DNA of 64,000 nucleotides from Bdellovibrionales bacterium (GCA_965261545.1 CBDHDF010000006.1:32001-96000); one strand, 5' to 3'; shown: positions 30,132 to 40,623, numbered from the stretch's first letter. The notes: a model not told the origin generated them from the sequence alone. Program-made: numbers and translations.

Positions 30132-31548
30132 CAATGCCGTTTCCTTAAGAAAAATCTCTTGAAATTATTAGATAAATCGACAAGAATAAGACTTGTTTTA
30201 TTTTACACCCAACCCTCAACCAAGGAGTAAGTCACATGCAATCCAATATTGATCTCGAAAGCCCCCAAATGACGAGTTCGCGTCACAGATGACCATTTTA
30301 TTCTACCAAAACTTGATTCTTCCTTCAAGCCAGAGCACCTTGTCGATCCAGAAAAACAAAAAAGGAATCGAAAATTTAATCCTCAAATTTTCTTTTTTAC
30401 TATTATCTATCTTATTTCCGGAACAAATTACGAAGGCTACCAAATCGCTCTTAAGACGGTATGGACTCATTTTGGTGACCTGCTTCTCATGCCAGTCAAA
30501 AGCAGTCTCAGCAAGATACGTCAAAGTATTTCTTACCTATTTTTTAAAAATATCTTTGAATCTCTGATTACAGACTACGAACCATTGAGAAAAACGTTTC
30601 ATGGCTTTTATATCTATGCCATAGATGGCGACCAATTAGCACTTCCTCGCTCTAAAGATCTTTTAAAGGAGGGTTATTGTGGGTACCCTTGCCCAAATGA
30701 GATGGAAACTCATTTCTTACGTATGTATCTATCTCATGCTTATGACGTTTTATCGGGTGTGACAAAGAATCTTTGCTATTCTCCCGCTCTCAACGAAATC
30801 GCCAATGCTATTCAAATGATAGGTAGTTTTGAGAGTAATAGCATAACTCTCTACGATAGGCTTTATTTATCTACAGAGATTATTAAGGCCCATGCTCAAG
30901 CCAGTAACTTCTTTATTGCGCGTTGTAAGCGAGGCTCTACTTTTATCCCCATCGTAAATTTATTTAATGGCCCAGGTTGGTATTCACAAATGGTTATTGA
31001 GGGGGTGGTCATTCATCTCTATAAGTATAAAAACCCAAAGACTGGGGAGTTCTCTGTTTTGGCCACTAATCTTCCGCATGGCTCCTTGGACAAGAAGGAT
31101 ATGGTTGCTCTTTACTCTCGTCGTTGGGAAATAGAAACGACATTTCGTGATTTTACATCGACAATGAAAATGGAGCAGTGGCACTCAACAAGCCTTAATG
31201 GAATATTGCAAGAGCTGTATTCTTATTTTTGGCTCTTCAATTATACAAAGATTCAAATGAGCATAAATGAGGATGAAGACAGTGTGAATCAGTTGGTAAA
31301 AAATGACTACAAAAAACCTAACTTTAAACTGATTCTTGATTTCATAATGGATAGCATCCCCCTTTTTGTTGCGGGGCTCTATCAGAAATTTAGGAAGCAG
31401 ATAAAGTTGCTGATGAAGATTTCAATGGAGAAGAGGAGGCACTTCAAAAGAAGCTATGAAAGGTCTATCAAAAGGGCTGGGAGTTCTTTTAAAAGAAATA
31501 GCTTAACGCAGAGGCAGAGGGGTGTGGTGGCTTAAGGAAACGGCATTG
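30132..31548 (+). mobile_element. IS4-B copy 2 (complete, 1417 bp), inserted in the ISL3 leader
   Basis: Same 18-bp TIR; 10-bp TSD ACCCATAACA (30122-31 and 31549-58). Confidence 0.95.
30273..31535 (+). CDS. IS4-family DDE transposase (start unresolved)
   Basis: AIDGDQL, LYDRLY, YSRRWEIETTFR (Y-R-E-K type motif). The frame is open from 30273; first in-frame ATG is 30489. Confidence 0.85.
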   Translation, partial: RVRVTDDHFILPKLDSSFKPEHLVDPEKQKRNRKFNPQIFFFTIIYLISGTNYEGYQIALKTVWTHFGDLLLMPVKSSLSKIRQSISYLFFKNIFESLITDYEPLRKTFHGFYIYAIDGDQLALPRSKDLLKEGYCGYPCPNEMETHFLRMYLSHAYDVLSGVTKNLCYSPALNEIANAIQMIGSFESNSITLYDRLYLSTEIIKAHAQASNFFIARCKRGSTFIPIVNLFNGPGWYSQMVIEGVVIHLYKYKNPKTGEFSVLATNLPHGSLDKKDMVALYSRRWEIETTFRDFTSTMKMEQWHSTSLNGILQELYSYFWLFNYTKIQMSINEDEDSVNQLVKNDYKKPNFKLILDFIMDSIPLFVAGLYQKFRKQIKLLMKISMEKRRHFKRSYERSIKRAGSSFKRNSLTQRQRGVVA

Positions 31549-31612
31549 ACCCATAACAAAACCATGGTTTAATCTCTTAATTTACTTATTGGAAAATAAT
31601 ACAGGAGATGCC

Positions 31613-32854
31613 ATGGTCTTGAATAAGTTTATTATAAAGATGTTGAAATTATCATTCTTAAAAGTGACTTGGGTTAAATTTAAAAATCGAAATCAAGAAC
31701 TTCACTTAGGGGTTAAACCCCATAAGAATGGCTGCCGCTGTCCTCATTGTGGACGCCGCTGTAAGATACTTAGATGCTTAGAAGAAAGAGTGTGGCGAGA
31801 TATCGTCGTGTGCGGTACCCCCATTTATTTCCATTATTCTCCGAAGGAAGTTCTGTGTCCCACTCATGGTCGTATTATGGAGAGAATTCCTTGGGCCGAC
31901 CACTTCAGTCGAGTCACCTATCGTCTGGAACTAACAATTCTGACCCTGACCAAGCAGATGACCCAAAAAGCCGTTTCAGAGCTTGTCAAGATACCCACAT
32001 CCACCTTATCTGATCTTATTCATCGAATCATCCACAGGGAACGAGATGGTCACAAAATTCGTGGTTTGGAGGTCATTGGAGTCGATGAAATTTCTTATGC
32101 TAAGGGAAGGAAGTTTATTACCTTGATTTACGACATGAAGAAAGGCTGTGTCGTTTGGATTGGAAAAGGTAAGGGTAAGGAGACAATAGACTCCTTTTTT
32201 ACAAAGGAACTCAGCCAATATCAGCGAGACAAAATTAGAGTGGCTTGTTGTGATATGGCTCAAGGCTACATCTCCTCTATCAAGGAGCATTGTAAGAATG
32301 CTACTCTCGTTTTGGACAAATTTCACATTATTCAATCCCTCAACAGGGCTGTGGATGAGGTGAGAAAAGAAATTTGGAGAGATGCCTGCAAGAAGGACAG
32401 AAAGGCTATTAAGGGAACTCGCTGGTTGATAGCCTACAGTTCATCCTCTCGTAGTAAGGCCCAAACTCGTAAAATTAACCTCATGGAGAAATCTAACAAT
32501 AAAATATTCAGAGCATGGCTGCTTAAAGATAATTTTGAGCATTTCTGGGATTATGTGAGTCCAGGTCATGCTGCGAATTTTCTGAATGCCTGGATCACTC
32601 GTGCCTTAAGATCACGCATTGATTCTATGAAAAAGTTTGCCTTGATGCTCAGGAAGCACCAAGAAAATATTCTTTCCTTCATTAAAGATCCTGTCACAAA
32701 TGCCAAGGCTGAGGGAATCAATCGCCTTCTAAAGATCATAAAAAATCGGGCTTCAGGATTTAAGAACCTACAGGGTTTTGAGAATATGATTTACTTGTGT
32801 GCTGGGGATTTGGATATTGTTGGAAGTTTCCCCAAGCGTTTTTGTACATTATAG
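31613..32854 (+). CDS. ISL3-family transposase
   Basis: Zinc finger CPHCG...CPTHG, IGVDEISY, CCDM, DKFHI, TNAKAEGINR; AGGAG RBS before ATG 31613. Confidence 0.93.
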   Translation: MVLNKFIIKMLKLSFLKVTWVKFKNRNQELHLGVKPHKNGCRCPHCGRRCKILRCLEERVWRDIVVCGTPIYFHYSPKEVLCPTHGRIMERIPWADHFSRVTYRLELTILTLTKQMTQKAVSELVKIPTSTLSDLIHRIIHRERDGHKIRGLEVIGVDEISYAKGRKFITLIYDMKKGCVVWIGKGKGKETIDSFFTKELSQYQRDKIRVACCDMAQGYISSIKEHCKNATLVLDKFHIIQSLNRAVDEVRKEIWRDACKKDRKAIKGTRWLIAYSSSSRSKAQTRKINLMEKSNNKIFRAWLLKDNFEHFWDYVSPGHAANFLNAWITRALRSRIDSMKKFALMLRKHQENILSFIKDPVTNAKAEGINRLLKIIKNRASGFKNLQGFENMIYLCAGDLDIVGSFPKRFCTL

Positions 32855-32906
32855 TTTTTATTGTCGATCAACATTTCTTTTTCCAATTCACCTCCCCATA
32901 CTAACT

Positions 32907-33019
32907 CCGCCAAGATGAGTCAGTTATCCACAGACTCATCCATGGCGACGCTGCGGCTATGGCCCTCGGAGCCACAATAAAGCAGCGCTGCTGTGGGTGA
33001 GTCTTGTGGATAACGGCGG
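32907..33019 (+). other. DnaA-box hairpin module, ISL3 copy
   Basis: TTATCCACA at 32924-32 pairs with TGTGGATAA at 33005-13; long stem homologous to the IS21 copies. Confidence 0.8.
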
Positions 33020-34281
33020 CTCTCCACACAAGTGATTTGGTAGCCCTGTCCTCCGTGTTTTTATGTACAAATCTTAGGAATAACCTGTACATCCAGTTTT
33101 TAGCTATTTCCCTAGGGAATTTGGACTTTAGGCTCCGAGAAACTCGGATATAGCCGAATATTGCAAGAGCTGTATTCTTATTTTTGGCTCTTCAATTATA
33201 CAAAGATTCAAATGAGCATAAATGAGGATGAAGACAGTGTGAATCAGTTGGTGAAAAATGACTACAAAAAACCTAACTTTAAACTGATTCTTGATTTCAT
33301 AATGGATAGCATCCCTCTTTTTGTTGCGGGGCTCTATCAGAAATTTAGGAAGCAGATAAAGTTGCTGATGAAGATTTCAATGGAGAAGAGGAGGCACTTC
33401 AAAAGAAGCTATGAAAGGTCTATCAAAAGGGCTGGGAGTTCTTTTAAAAGAAATAGCTTAACGCATGTTAGCTGACAATTAAAATGCCCCACCGTCGCCA
33501 ATGAAAAGTGGCCACTTTTCAGAGGAGGACCTATGGTGATTTTTGGCATTGTCAACCGAGACGCATATAATCAATTGATATTACTCATAAAAAGGCTCCG
33601 AGCTGATAAGAACTCCTTTTGGGTTCTTGTCGACCTGGAAAGGGGCTCCGTGTTGGAGAGTCCTTCCATGACAGCCTATTCAGGTTCCATATTTCTCATT
33701 TGTAGACTGTTTCTGGATTTCAATGAGGTTAAATATATAGTCAAGAAAAGCCTGTTTAGGCTGTGCCCATTTTCTAAAGTATTTAAATTCCACAAGATTC
33801 CAACATTTGCCTCAATTTTCATGGAATTTCTTTTTGAAGACAGGCTTCCCTTAAAGCCGTCGCCAATTAAAATGTCCCACTTTCAATATGGAGGTTGTCG
33901 CCAATGAAAAGTGACCAATCTTCAGGGAGTGTTCAAATACTAGACAATGAAGTCTCTTCTTCTGATATAGATACTAAGCTCACAGAGTCCCTCCCTTTTG
34001 CAACTCAAAAGGTTAGCAATGAGGAGGATCTTATGATTAGTCAATACACTTTCGGCCGCATTCGTGACCTGAGTCACAGTGGTAAAAATAAGACAGAAAT
34101 ATCTCGTGAATTAGGGATCAATCGTAAGACGGTGCGCAAGTACTGTAAGTCCAACACCCCACCGAAGTACAAGGCGAGGTCCAAAAGAACTCGCCCAGAT
34201 CCCCTTAATGGATATATGGATCGGGTGAAGTACTTTTTGAAGTTGAACCCAAGTAACACCGCCCGTGAAATATATGAGCTA

Positions 34282-36180
34282 CCTGAAATCCCTAAAAGTT
34301 GTAACTAGGTGTAGGACTTAAGTCCTGATTATTGTCTGAGAAGGCCTTCACTTTGATTAAGAGATTGTCATCTCTTCAAAAGCATAGTTACAATATTAAC
34401 GATGTCATACACTTTTGAGCAAAAAAATAAGGGAAAAACCTATGTCTATAAAGTTGAAAGCTTTTGGGACAAGGAAAAAAAGCAGGCCAGGCAAAAACGC
34501 ATCTACCTTGGAAGAAAGGATGAGTTTACAGGTCAAATTAAGACCAAAAGAAAAAAGATTCCCATAGGCTCCTATAATGTGGGAGCCTTATTTTTCTTAG
34601 AGAAAATATGCGAACAACTAAATCTTCTAAAAACATTGTCTAAAATTTATCCAGATAATTACGAACATTATTTGCATTTAGCTTTTTTTAAAATAATCAA
34701 AAGAGAGCCCTTTTATCTTTACGATATGTGGTGTCAAGAAGCTTATGTTTCAAAGAAAAATTTTATGTCGTCACAAAAAATAAGCAATCTCTTATGTGAT
34801 CTTGGGAGAGATCAAAAAAAGATAGAATCTTTCTTTAGCGAATGGATAAATCAAGTGAAGGGTTCTGGTACGGTAATGTTTGACATCACATCCTTTTCTT
34901 CCTACTCTATGAATAATGAATTTTTAGAGAAAGGTTACAACAGAGATGGAGAGAATCTCGAACAAATAAACTTAGGTCTGATAAGTAGGAAATCTGAAGA
35001 CAATAAAACTCATACGCCTATAGCGTACAGAATCTATCCTGGAAGTATACCGGATGTCAAAACTTTATCGAATATTATTGAGATCATAACAAGTTATAAA
35101 TTAGATTTAGATTGTTTAGTTATGGATAAGGGTTTTTCTAGTGTAGAAAATATTAAGGGACTGCATCGTAAGGAATTGAAGTATTTGATACCCATGAGTT
35201 TTAGAACAAAACTCTCAAGAGAGCTTGCTGTGGCTTTAAATGAGAAAATAAAATCTCCATCATGCTCTTTTACTTTTAATGAGGAAATTTATTCGCATTG
35301 CAAAGAATCAATAAAAATCGGAGGATTTGATTGTACGGCTCATATTTTCTTAGACAAAGAAAGAAGGGTTTATGAGGAATCTGTGTTAATGAAAGAGTTG
35401 CTTGATTTTATGAAACTCTTTCTTGAGAAAGATTTGAAATCAGAAGAACAAGCTAGTTCCTATATGAAAGAAACTTTAGGAAATAAAAAAAGGTTTCTCA
35501 ATATCTCTGATTGCACTCCATTTAAGATTTCTTTAAATGAAGAAAATATTAATGAAGAATCTTCTACGCTGGGTATTATGATATTAATTACAAATAGTCA
35601 TGATTTAAAGAAAACAAATATATTGAGTTTATATCGAAACAAAGATATCATTGAGAAAGTATTTTTCTCATTCAAGCATGATATTAATGGAAGGAGAAGT
35701 CGAGTTCATTCTCTCATGAATATGAGGGGAAGCATCTTTATTAATTTTCTCTCTTTAATTTTAATTTCACATATTGATACTGTTATGAAAGATAAGAAGT
35801 TATATAAAAAAATGTCTAAAATAGAAATTTACAAAATGATGGACCGATTAAAATTTTATGAATTAGCTACAGGTGATCTGATGCTTGGAGAGCTGTCTAA
35901 AAAACAAAAGGATATTTTTTCAGCCTTCCAAATAGATGGGCTTCCCAAGACAAAATGATGTTTTTTATCTGTTTCAAATGTGACGGTGGCTGTGGCTACC
36001 ACTATGCCTCATCTATCCAATGGGGACGAAGAGGACCTTTCGCAGCAAATTCTTATGAATCATATTAAATATATTAATACTATTAAACCTCTCAAACCGT
36101 TGACAGCAGCCAATTCCATAGGAAGAGAGGAAAGTTAACGCAATACATTAAACCTAGTTACAACTTTTAGGGATTTCAGG
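34282..36180 (+). mobile_element. IS1634-family element IS1634-A (1899 bp)
   Basis: 29-bp TIR; 6-bp TSD GAGCTA (34276-81 and 36181-86). Confidence 0.92.
34402..35958 (+). CDS. IS1634-family transposase
   Basis: 'FDITSFSSYS...GYNRDG...QINLG', 'VMDKGF', 'YRNKDIIEKVF'. Confidence 0.88.
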   Translation: MSYTFEQKNKGKTYVYKVESFWDKEKKQARQKRIYLGRKDEFTGQIKTKRKKIPIGSYNVGALFFLEKICEQLNLLKTLSKIYPDNYEHYLHLAFFKIIKREPFYLYDMWCQEAYVSKKNFMSSQKISNLLCDLGRDQKKIESFFSEWINQVKGSGTVMFDITSFSSYSMNNEFLEKGYNRDGENLEQINLGLISRKSEDNKTHTPIAYRIYPGSIPDVKTLSNIIEIITSYKLDLDCLVMDKGFSSVENIKGLHRKELKYLIPMSFRTKLSRELAVALNEKIKSPSCSFTFNEEIYSHCKESIKIGGFDCTAHIFLDKERRVYEESVLMKELLDFMKLFLEKDLKSEEQASSYMKETLGNKKRFLNISDCTPFKISLNEENINEESSTLGIMILITNSHDLKKTNILSLYRNKDIIEKVFFSFKHDINGRRSRVHSLMNMRGSIFINFLSLILISHIDTVMKDKKLYKKMSKIEIYKMMDRLKFYELATGDLMLGELSKKQKDIFSAFQIDGLPKTK

Positions 36181-37402
36181 GAGCTATTAGTTGAGGAGGG
36201 TTATCGTGGGAGTGAGAGAACGGTTCAGAGAAGAGTTTGTGAGATTCTTGGTTCTCGCCCCAAGGAGCGTTTTTTCAGCCAAAGATATGATCCTGGAGAA
36301 CAGGCTCAGTTTGATTTTAAGGAGAAGGTTGCTTTACCATTTGCCGATGGTGTTCAGATCGTTCATCTCCATTTTGGAACATTGCCTTGTAGTGGCACCT
36401 GTTGGGTTCGTGCCTACCCCTTTCTTGTCTATGAGTGTTTCATCGATGGGGTGCATGCTTTTTTGAAAAGATAGGTGGGATGAGTGCGAACATCCGTATT
36501 GATAATTTATCTCCCTGTGTGAAGAAAGTTCTTAAAGGAAATCAGCGAATTTACACCCAATCTTTTGATCGAGCCATCCAATACTATGGATTTAAGGTTC
36601 TTCCCTGCCGCGCAGGGAAGGGCTCTGACAAGGGAGATGTGGAGCGTGATATTCGAACCTTCAGTTCTCGGATAAAAAATATTGTTAGAAACAAAGGAAT
36701 TGTTTTTAAAGACTGGGATCATTTGAATCAGTTTTTAGAGTCTTATATGGATCAGCATCAGAGTGACTCCACCAAATCTCGCTTTGAGGAGGAGGCCAAA
36801 GTTCTTAAGCCTTTGCCTCCACGAGATGAAGATATTCTCTGTAAGGTGAATATTTGTCAAAGTAATGGTTATGGGACTTTGAGAATAGGTAAAACCACAT
36901 ATTCCATACCTGATGAGGTGATCCAATCTCCCTGTAAAACCGTACAGGGTCCCTATCATGTCACGATCTATCGTGCAGGAGGGAAGCAAGAAATTGTCGC
37001 TCGCCATCAAAGAAAACCTGATGGGGAGCATAGTCTTCTTCTTGAACATATCCTTCCCTCTTTAGTTCGTAAGCCGCAAGCCATGGTAAGATGGGCTCAC
37101 CGATCCATTCTTTTTCCAACAAATGTGTTTGAAAATTTTTATCAATACCTCAAGCAACAAGATTCAAGCCGTGCCGAGCATGAATATTTAAGAGTTATCA
37201 ACTTGATTCAGCATGTGAGTTGGCAGGACTTATCTACAGCCATGGAGCTTCAATTAGAAAGTCGTGAGATTTTCGACTTTAAATCCATAAAAGATTTGCT
37301 CTTAGGCAATCCCACCAAAATTAATTTGAATGACCAACAAAAACCACTTCAACCTAGATTGTCTCAATATGACAGTCTTGTTCCAAACATAGGAGGTTCT
37401 TA

Positions 37403-38185
37403 ATGAATCACGAAGAACTTATAGGTTCTCTTAAAAAACTCCGACTTCCAGCGATGGCGGATGAATATGTTGCAACGGCTAGAGTTGCCGAAAAAACAAA
37501 AAAGACGTATGAACAGTATTTAGGTATACTCGTTCAAAATGAGCTTGCTGACAAGCATTCCCAGAGAGTGAAAAGATTGCTTAAGGGGGCCAAGCTTCCT
37601 CAACTTAAATCACTCCAAACTTATAACTTCCAGAAAAGAACGGGAGTGACAGCTCAGCAAATTAATTGGATGGCAGAGGGAGAGTGGGTCAGAAAAGCCT
37701 GTAATGTTGTGTTTTACGGAAGCTTTGGAATGGGGAAAAGTCATTTGGCCATGTCCCTAGTTCGTTCACTCTGTGAACAAGGCTATCGATGTTTATGGGT
37801 CACCACTCATGAACTTATTGAAACAATGCGTGAAAGCAAGAAAGAACTCTCATTGAATGCTCTTTTTAAGAAATTAGACCGTTTTGATCTTATTGCTTGT
37901 GATGAACTTGGCTATACAGCTTCCTGCACAGAGGGGGCAGATCTTTTCTTTCAATTCATATCTCAGCGATATGAAAGGAAAAGTCTCATGATCACTACAA
38001 ACTTAACATACTCTGAATGGGATAAGGTGTTTCTTAACCCTATTACCACCGCTGCTGCTGTTGATCGAATCATTCACAACTGTGAAACCCTCAACATTGA
38101 AGGAAAAGAAAGTTGGAGAACCGAATCGGCAAAAGCCAAGTCTAAACAGAGCAAAGAGGAAAGTTCAACCAAAGAAGTTCATTAG
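37403..38185 (+). CDS. istB: IstB AAA+ ATPase
   Basis: Walker A GSFGMGKS, 'CDELGY', 'ITTNL', 'AAVDRIIH'. Confidence 0.95.
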   Translation: MNHEELIGSLKKLRLPAMADEYVATARVAEKTKKTYEQYLGILVQNELADKHSQRVKRLLKGAKLPQLKSLQTYNFQKRTGVTAQQINWMAEGEWVRKACNVVFYGSFGMGKSHLAMSLVRSLCEQGYRCLWVTTHELIETMRESKKELSLNALFKKLDRFDLIACDELGYTASCTEGADLFFQFISQRYERKSLMITTNLTYSEWDKVFLNPITTAAAVDRIIHNCETLNIEGKESWRTESAKAKSKQSKEESSTKEVH

Positions 38186-38212
38186 AGATCCCCACTTTTG
38201 GGGAAGGAACTC

Positions 38213-38311
38213 GCCAGTTATCCACAAAAATTTATCCACAGCAGCACTGCGTTGCTAGACATCGGGGTCACAGCCGCAGTGTCGCCATGGATAAATTTAT
38301 GGATAACTGGC
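38213..38311 (-). other. DnaA-box hairpin module, IS21-A copy 1
   Basis: Two perfect TTATCCACA boxes (38218-26, 38232-40) facing two near-perfect inverted boxes; GCCAG...CTGGC closing stem. Confidence 0.85.
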
Positions 38312-38471
38312 TTTTACCGTACTATTTGCTCGTCACTCTCGCGGAGCTTTAGACATTAGCTGCGCCAAGGAATCCTGAAAAATACTCCATTTACCTCTGC
38401 CATAGGGCTGAAGGATGCATTTGGGGTCATGCCAAAAGTGGTGGGCAGAAAATCATTCCTCAGAATCTTGT

Positions 38472-40382
38472 CCCGAGTTTGACAGCAGCATCTGCGTTAA
38501 AATGCGAAATTTCCAGAAATTGGGGTTGTACTGAAATATAATGGTAGCTGCTGGAAAAATTAAAATTGACGTAAAAAAAGTGTAGAAAACAAAATAGGAT
38601 TTTATCGTTTTAAATATTGATATATCATAGAAATATGTAGAAAATATCCTCATGTACATCCAAACGACTAAAACTCAAAAGGTCAGTGCTACTACCACCT
38701 TGTGGAGTCCTACAGAGAAAAAGGCAAATCCAAAAAACGCATGCTCATGTCCTTAGGTAAGGCTGGAGAAGGAGGAGAGGATAAGATTAATAGTTTGGCG
38801 CAGGCCGTATCCCGCCACCGAGAGCTTCTCACTGTGAGTCAATTGGCTAAGGAGCTTTACATCGAAGAGACTTTCATTTTGGGTCCCTTGCTGATTTTAC
38901 AAAAGTTGTTTGATCAACTGGGTATCAATAAGACCCTCAAAGACATAAAAGATTCTCATGAGAAAGTTCAATTTGATTTATGTAAGGTGATTTTTACCTT
39001 AGTTGCCAGCCGATTTATTGCTCCTAGTTCCAAGTTAAAGGTTTTTGAGTATTGGCAAAAATCTTTTTACCCAGACATGATTAAGGGTGATTTGAGTCTC
39101 CAGCATATTTATCGGTCTATGGACTTACTTGCCTCCCATAAGGATGAAATAGAGAACTCGCTTTATTGGGTGGGGCGAGATTTATTTAATTTCCAAGTAG
39201 ACATTGTGTTGTATGATTTAACAACCTTACGCTTCGAGAGTACAAGAACAGACTTAGGGAAACTTCGTCAATTTGGCTATAGTAAAGAGAGACGATCAGA
39301 CTGCACCCAAGTTGTCTTTGGTTTGTTGGTGAATCGGGATGGCATCCCTTTAGGTTTTGAGGTTTTCCCTGGTAATACTTTTGAAGGCAAGACGCTTTCA
39401 GATATTGTTGATAAAATGAGAAAAAAGTTTAATGTACGCCGTTTCATTTTTGTGGCTGATAGGGGGCTTTTATCAAAGGCTAATACTGACAAACTCAGTG
39501 AGGATCAAAGCGAGTTTATTGTTGGTATGAAGCTTGGATCTTTAAAAAAAGAAAAGAAACAAGAGGTCTATGATTTAAATCGTTTTAGCTGGGTATATGA
39601 GAATGAGCTTGCTGTTTACGAAACAGACCATGGGGGGCATAGATGTATTGTGACTTGGTCTAGGAAAAGAGCAGAGAGAGATAAAAAATCTAGAGAATCC
39701 CTTCTTGAAAAGATCGAAGGAAAACTATCTTCTAAAGGTGTTCAGTCTAGTACTTTTGTTTCCAATAAAGGTTATAAGAAATATGTAAAGATGGCTGACG
39801 ACAAAAATAAAAAACCTGAATTAAATGCAGAACAAATAGAATTAGATGAAAAAATTGATGGTTTTTTGCCGTCCTTACAAATGTCAAAGACTTGACGGCA
39901 GATGAGATTATTATCAACTACAAAGAATTGTGGAAAATTGAAGATGCTTTTGGTGAGTTAAAAGGGACTTTGAAAACACGTCCTGTTTTCCATTGGACAG
40001 ACCAGAGGATTATTGGACATTTAACTCTATGCTTTTTAACTTATCTTTGTGAGGCCCACCTTACAAAATGTTTAAGAGATAAGAAGATGAACCTAAAAAG
40101 CCCAGCCATAGGCATTGGTCATGTTAAAGAGCGACCTTTAACTGTTGTAGAGGCCATGAGGGAACTCAAGGAAGTTAGGGCTATCCCTGTTAAAATTCGT
40201 GATCAAGTCATTTGGACCCGCACAGATATCACTGGCAATGCCAACTCCTTATTTAAAGCCGCAGGCGTCCCCATCCCTCCCAGAATCCTTAATGCCCACA
40301 AGTGTGGATAAACAAAATACAACTGTATGCGTTAATCCTTTAATATCATTCGTTTGACGCAGATGCTGCTGTCAAACTCGGG
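38472..40382 (+). mobile_element. IS1634-family element IS1634-B copy 1, flanked by a 53-bp direct repeat
   Basis: 26-bp TIR CCCGAGTTTGACAGCAGCATCTGCGT; DR 38419-38471 = 40383-40435. Confidence 0.93.
38652..40311 (+). pseudogene. IS1634-B transposase with two 1-nt homopolymer deletions
   Basis: Matches 41618-43279 except A4 vs A5 near 38670 and T6 vs T7 near 39865; these may be assembly errors. Confidence 0.8.
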
Positions 40383-40623
40383 ATTTGGGGTCATGCCAAA
40401 AGTGGTGGGCAGAAAATCATTCCTCAGAATCTTGTGGCATAGTCCGAGTTAAATGATGAGCAAAATAAAGACACTTGACTAAACTCTGAACGAAGAATAA
40501 CTAAATCAGTACATCATCAACTGGCCGTTTTTCATTGGCGACGGCTTCTAAAAATGGCCAATTTTAATTGGCGCCTAACAACGCAGAGGCAGAGGGGTGT
40601 GGTGGCTTAAGGAAACGGCATTG

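Larger units (their letters stand above)
30008..33155 (+). mobile_element. ISL3-family element
   Basis: TIR GG(G/C)TATATCCGAGTTTCTC at both ends; ISL3-type transposase; no TSD (adjacent deletion). Confidence 0.88.
34033..37403 (+). pseudogene. istA: IstA transposase, split by IS1634-A and with a -1 homopolymer frameshift
   Basis: HTH 'EISRELGINRKTVRKY'; rejoins in frame at 36181 (PGEQAQFDF); T6 run at 36459-64 shifts the frame; 'IRIDNL' and 'KGDVERDIR' follow. Confidence 0.88.
33466..40580 (+). mobile_element. IS21-family element IS21-A copy 1
   Basis: TGTTAG...CTAACA ends, internal repeats CGTCGCCAATGAAAA, 5-bp TSD ACGCA, istA and istB. Confidence 0.92.
29272..40623 (+). mobile_element. 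IS4-family element IS4-B copy 1 (host of nested ISL3 and IS21-A)
   Basis: 18-bp TIR CAATGCCGTTTCCTTAAG; 10-bp TSD CCCAAGGGGT (29262-71 and 40624-33). Its pieces are 29272-30007, 33156-33465 and 40581-40623. Confidence 0.92.

Noticed and set aside
29429..30567. Duplicated 92-aa and 73-aa ORFs in IS4-B
   Set aside because: Alternative frames over the transposase N-terminal region; repeated only because the IS is duplicated.
38213..38311. DnaA-box cluster as chromosomal oriC
   Set aside because: It occurs four times, always inside IS elements, with no dnaA/dnaN/gidA context or evident AT-rich unwinding element.
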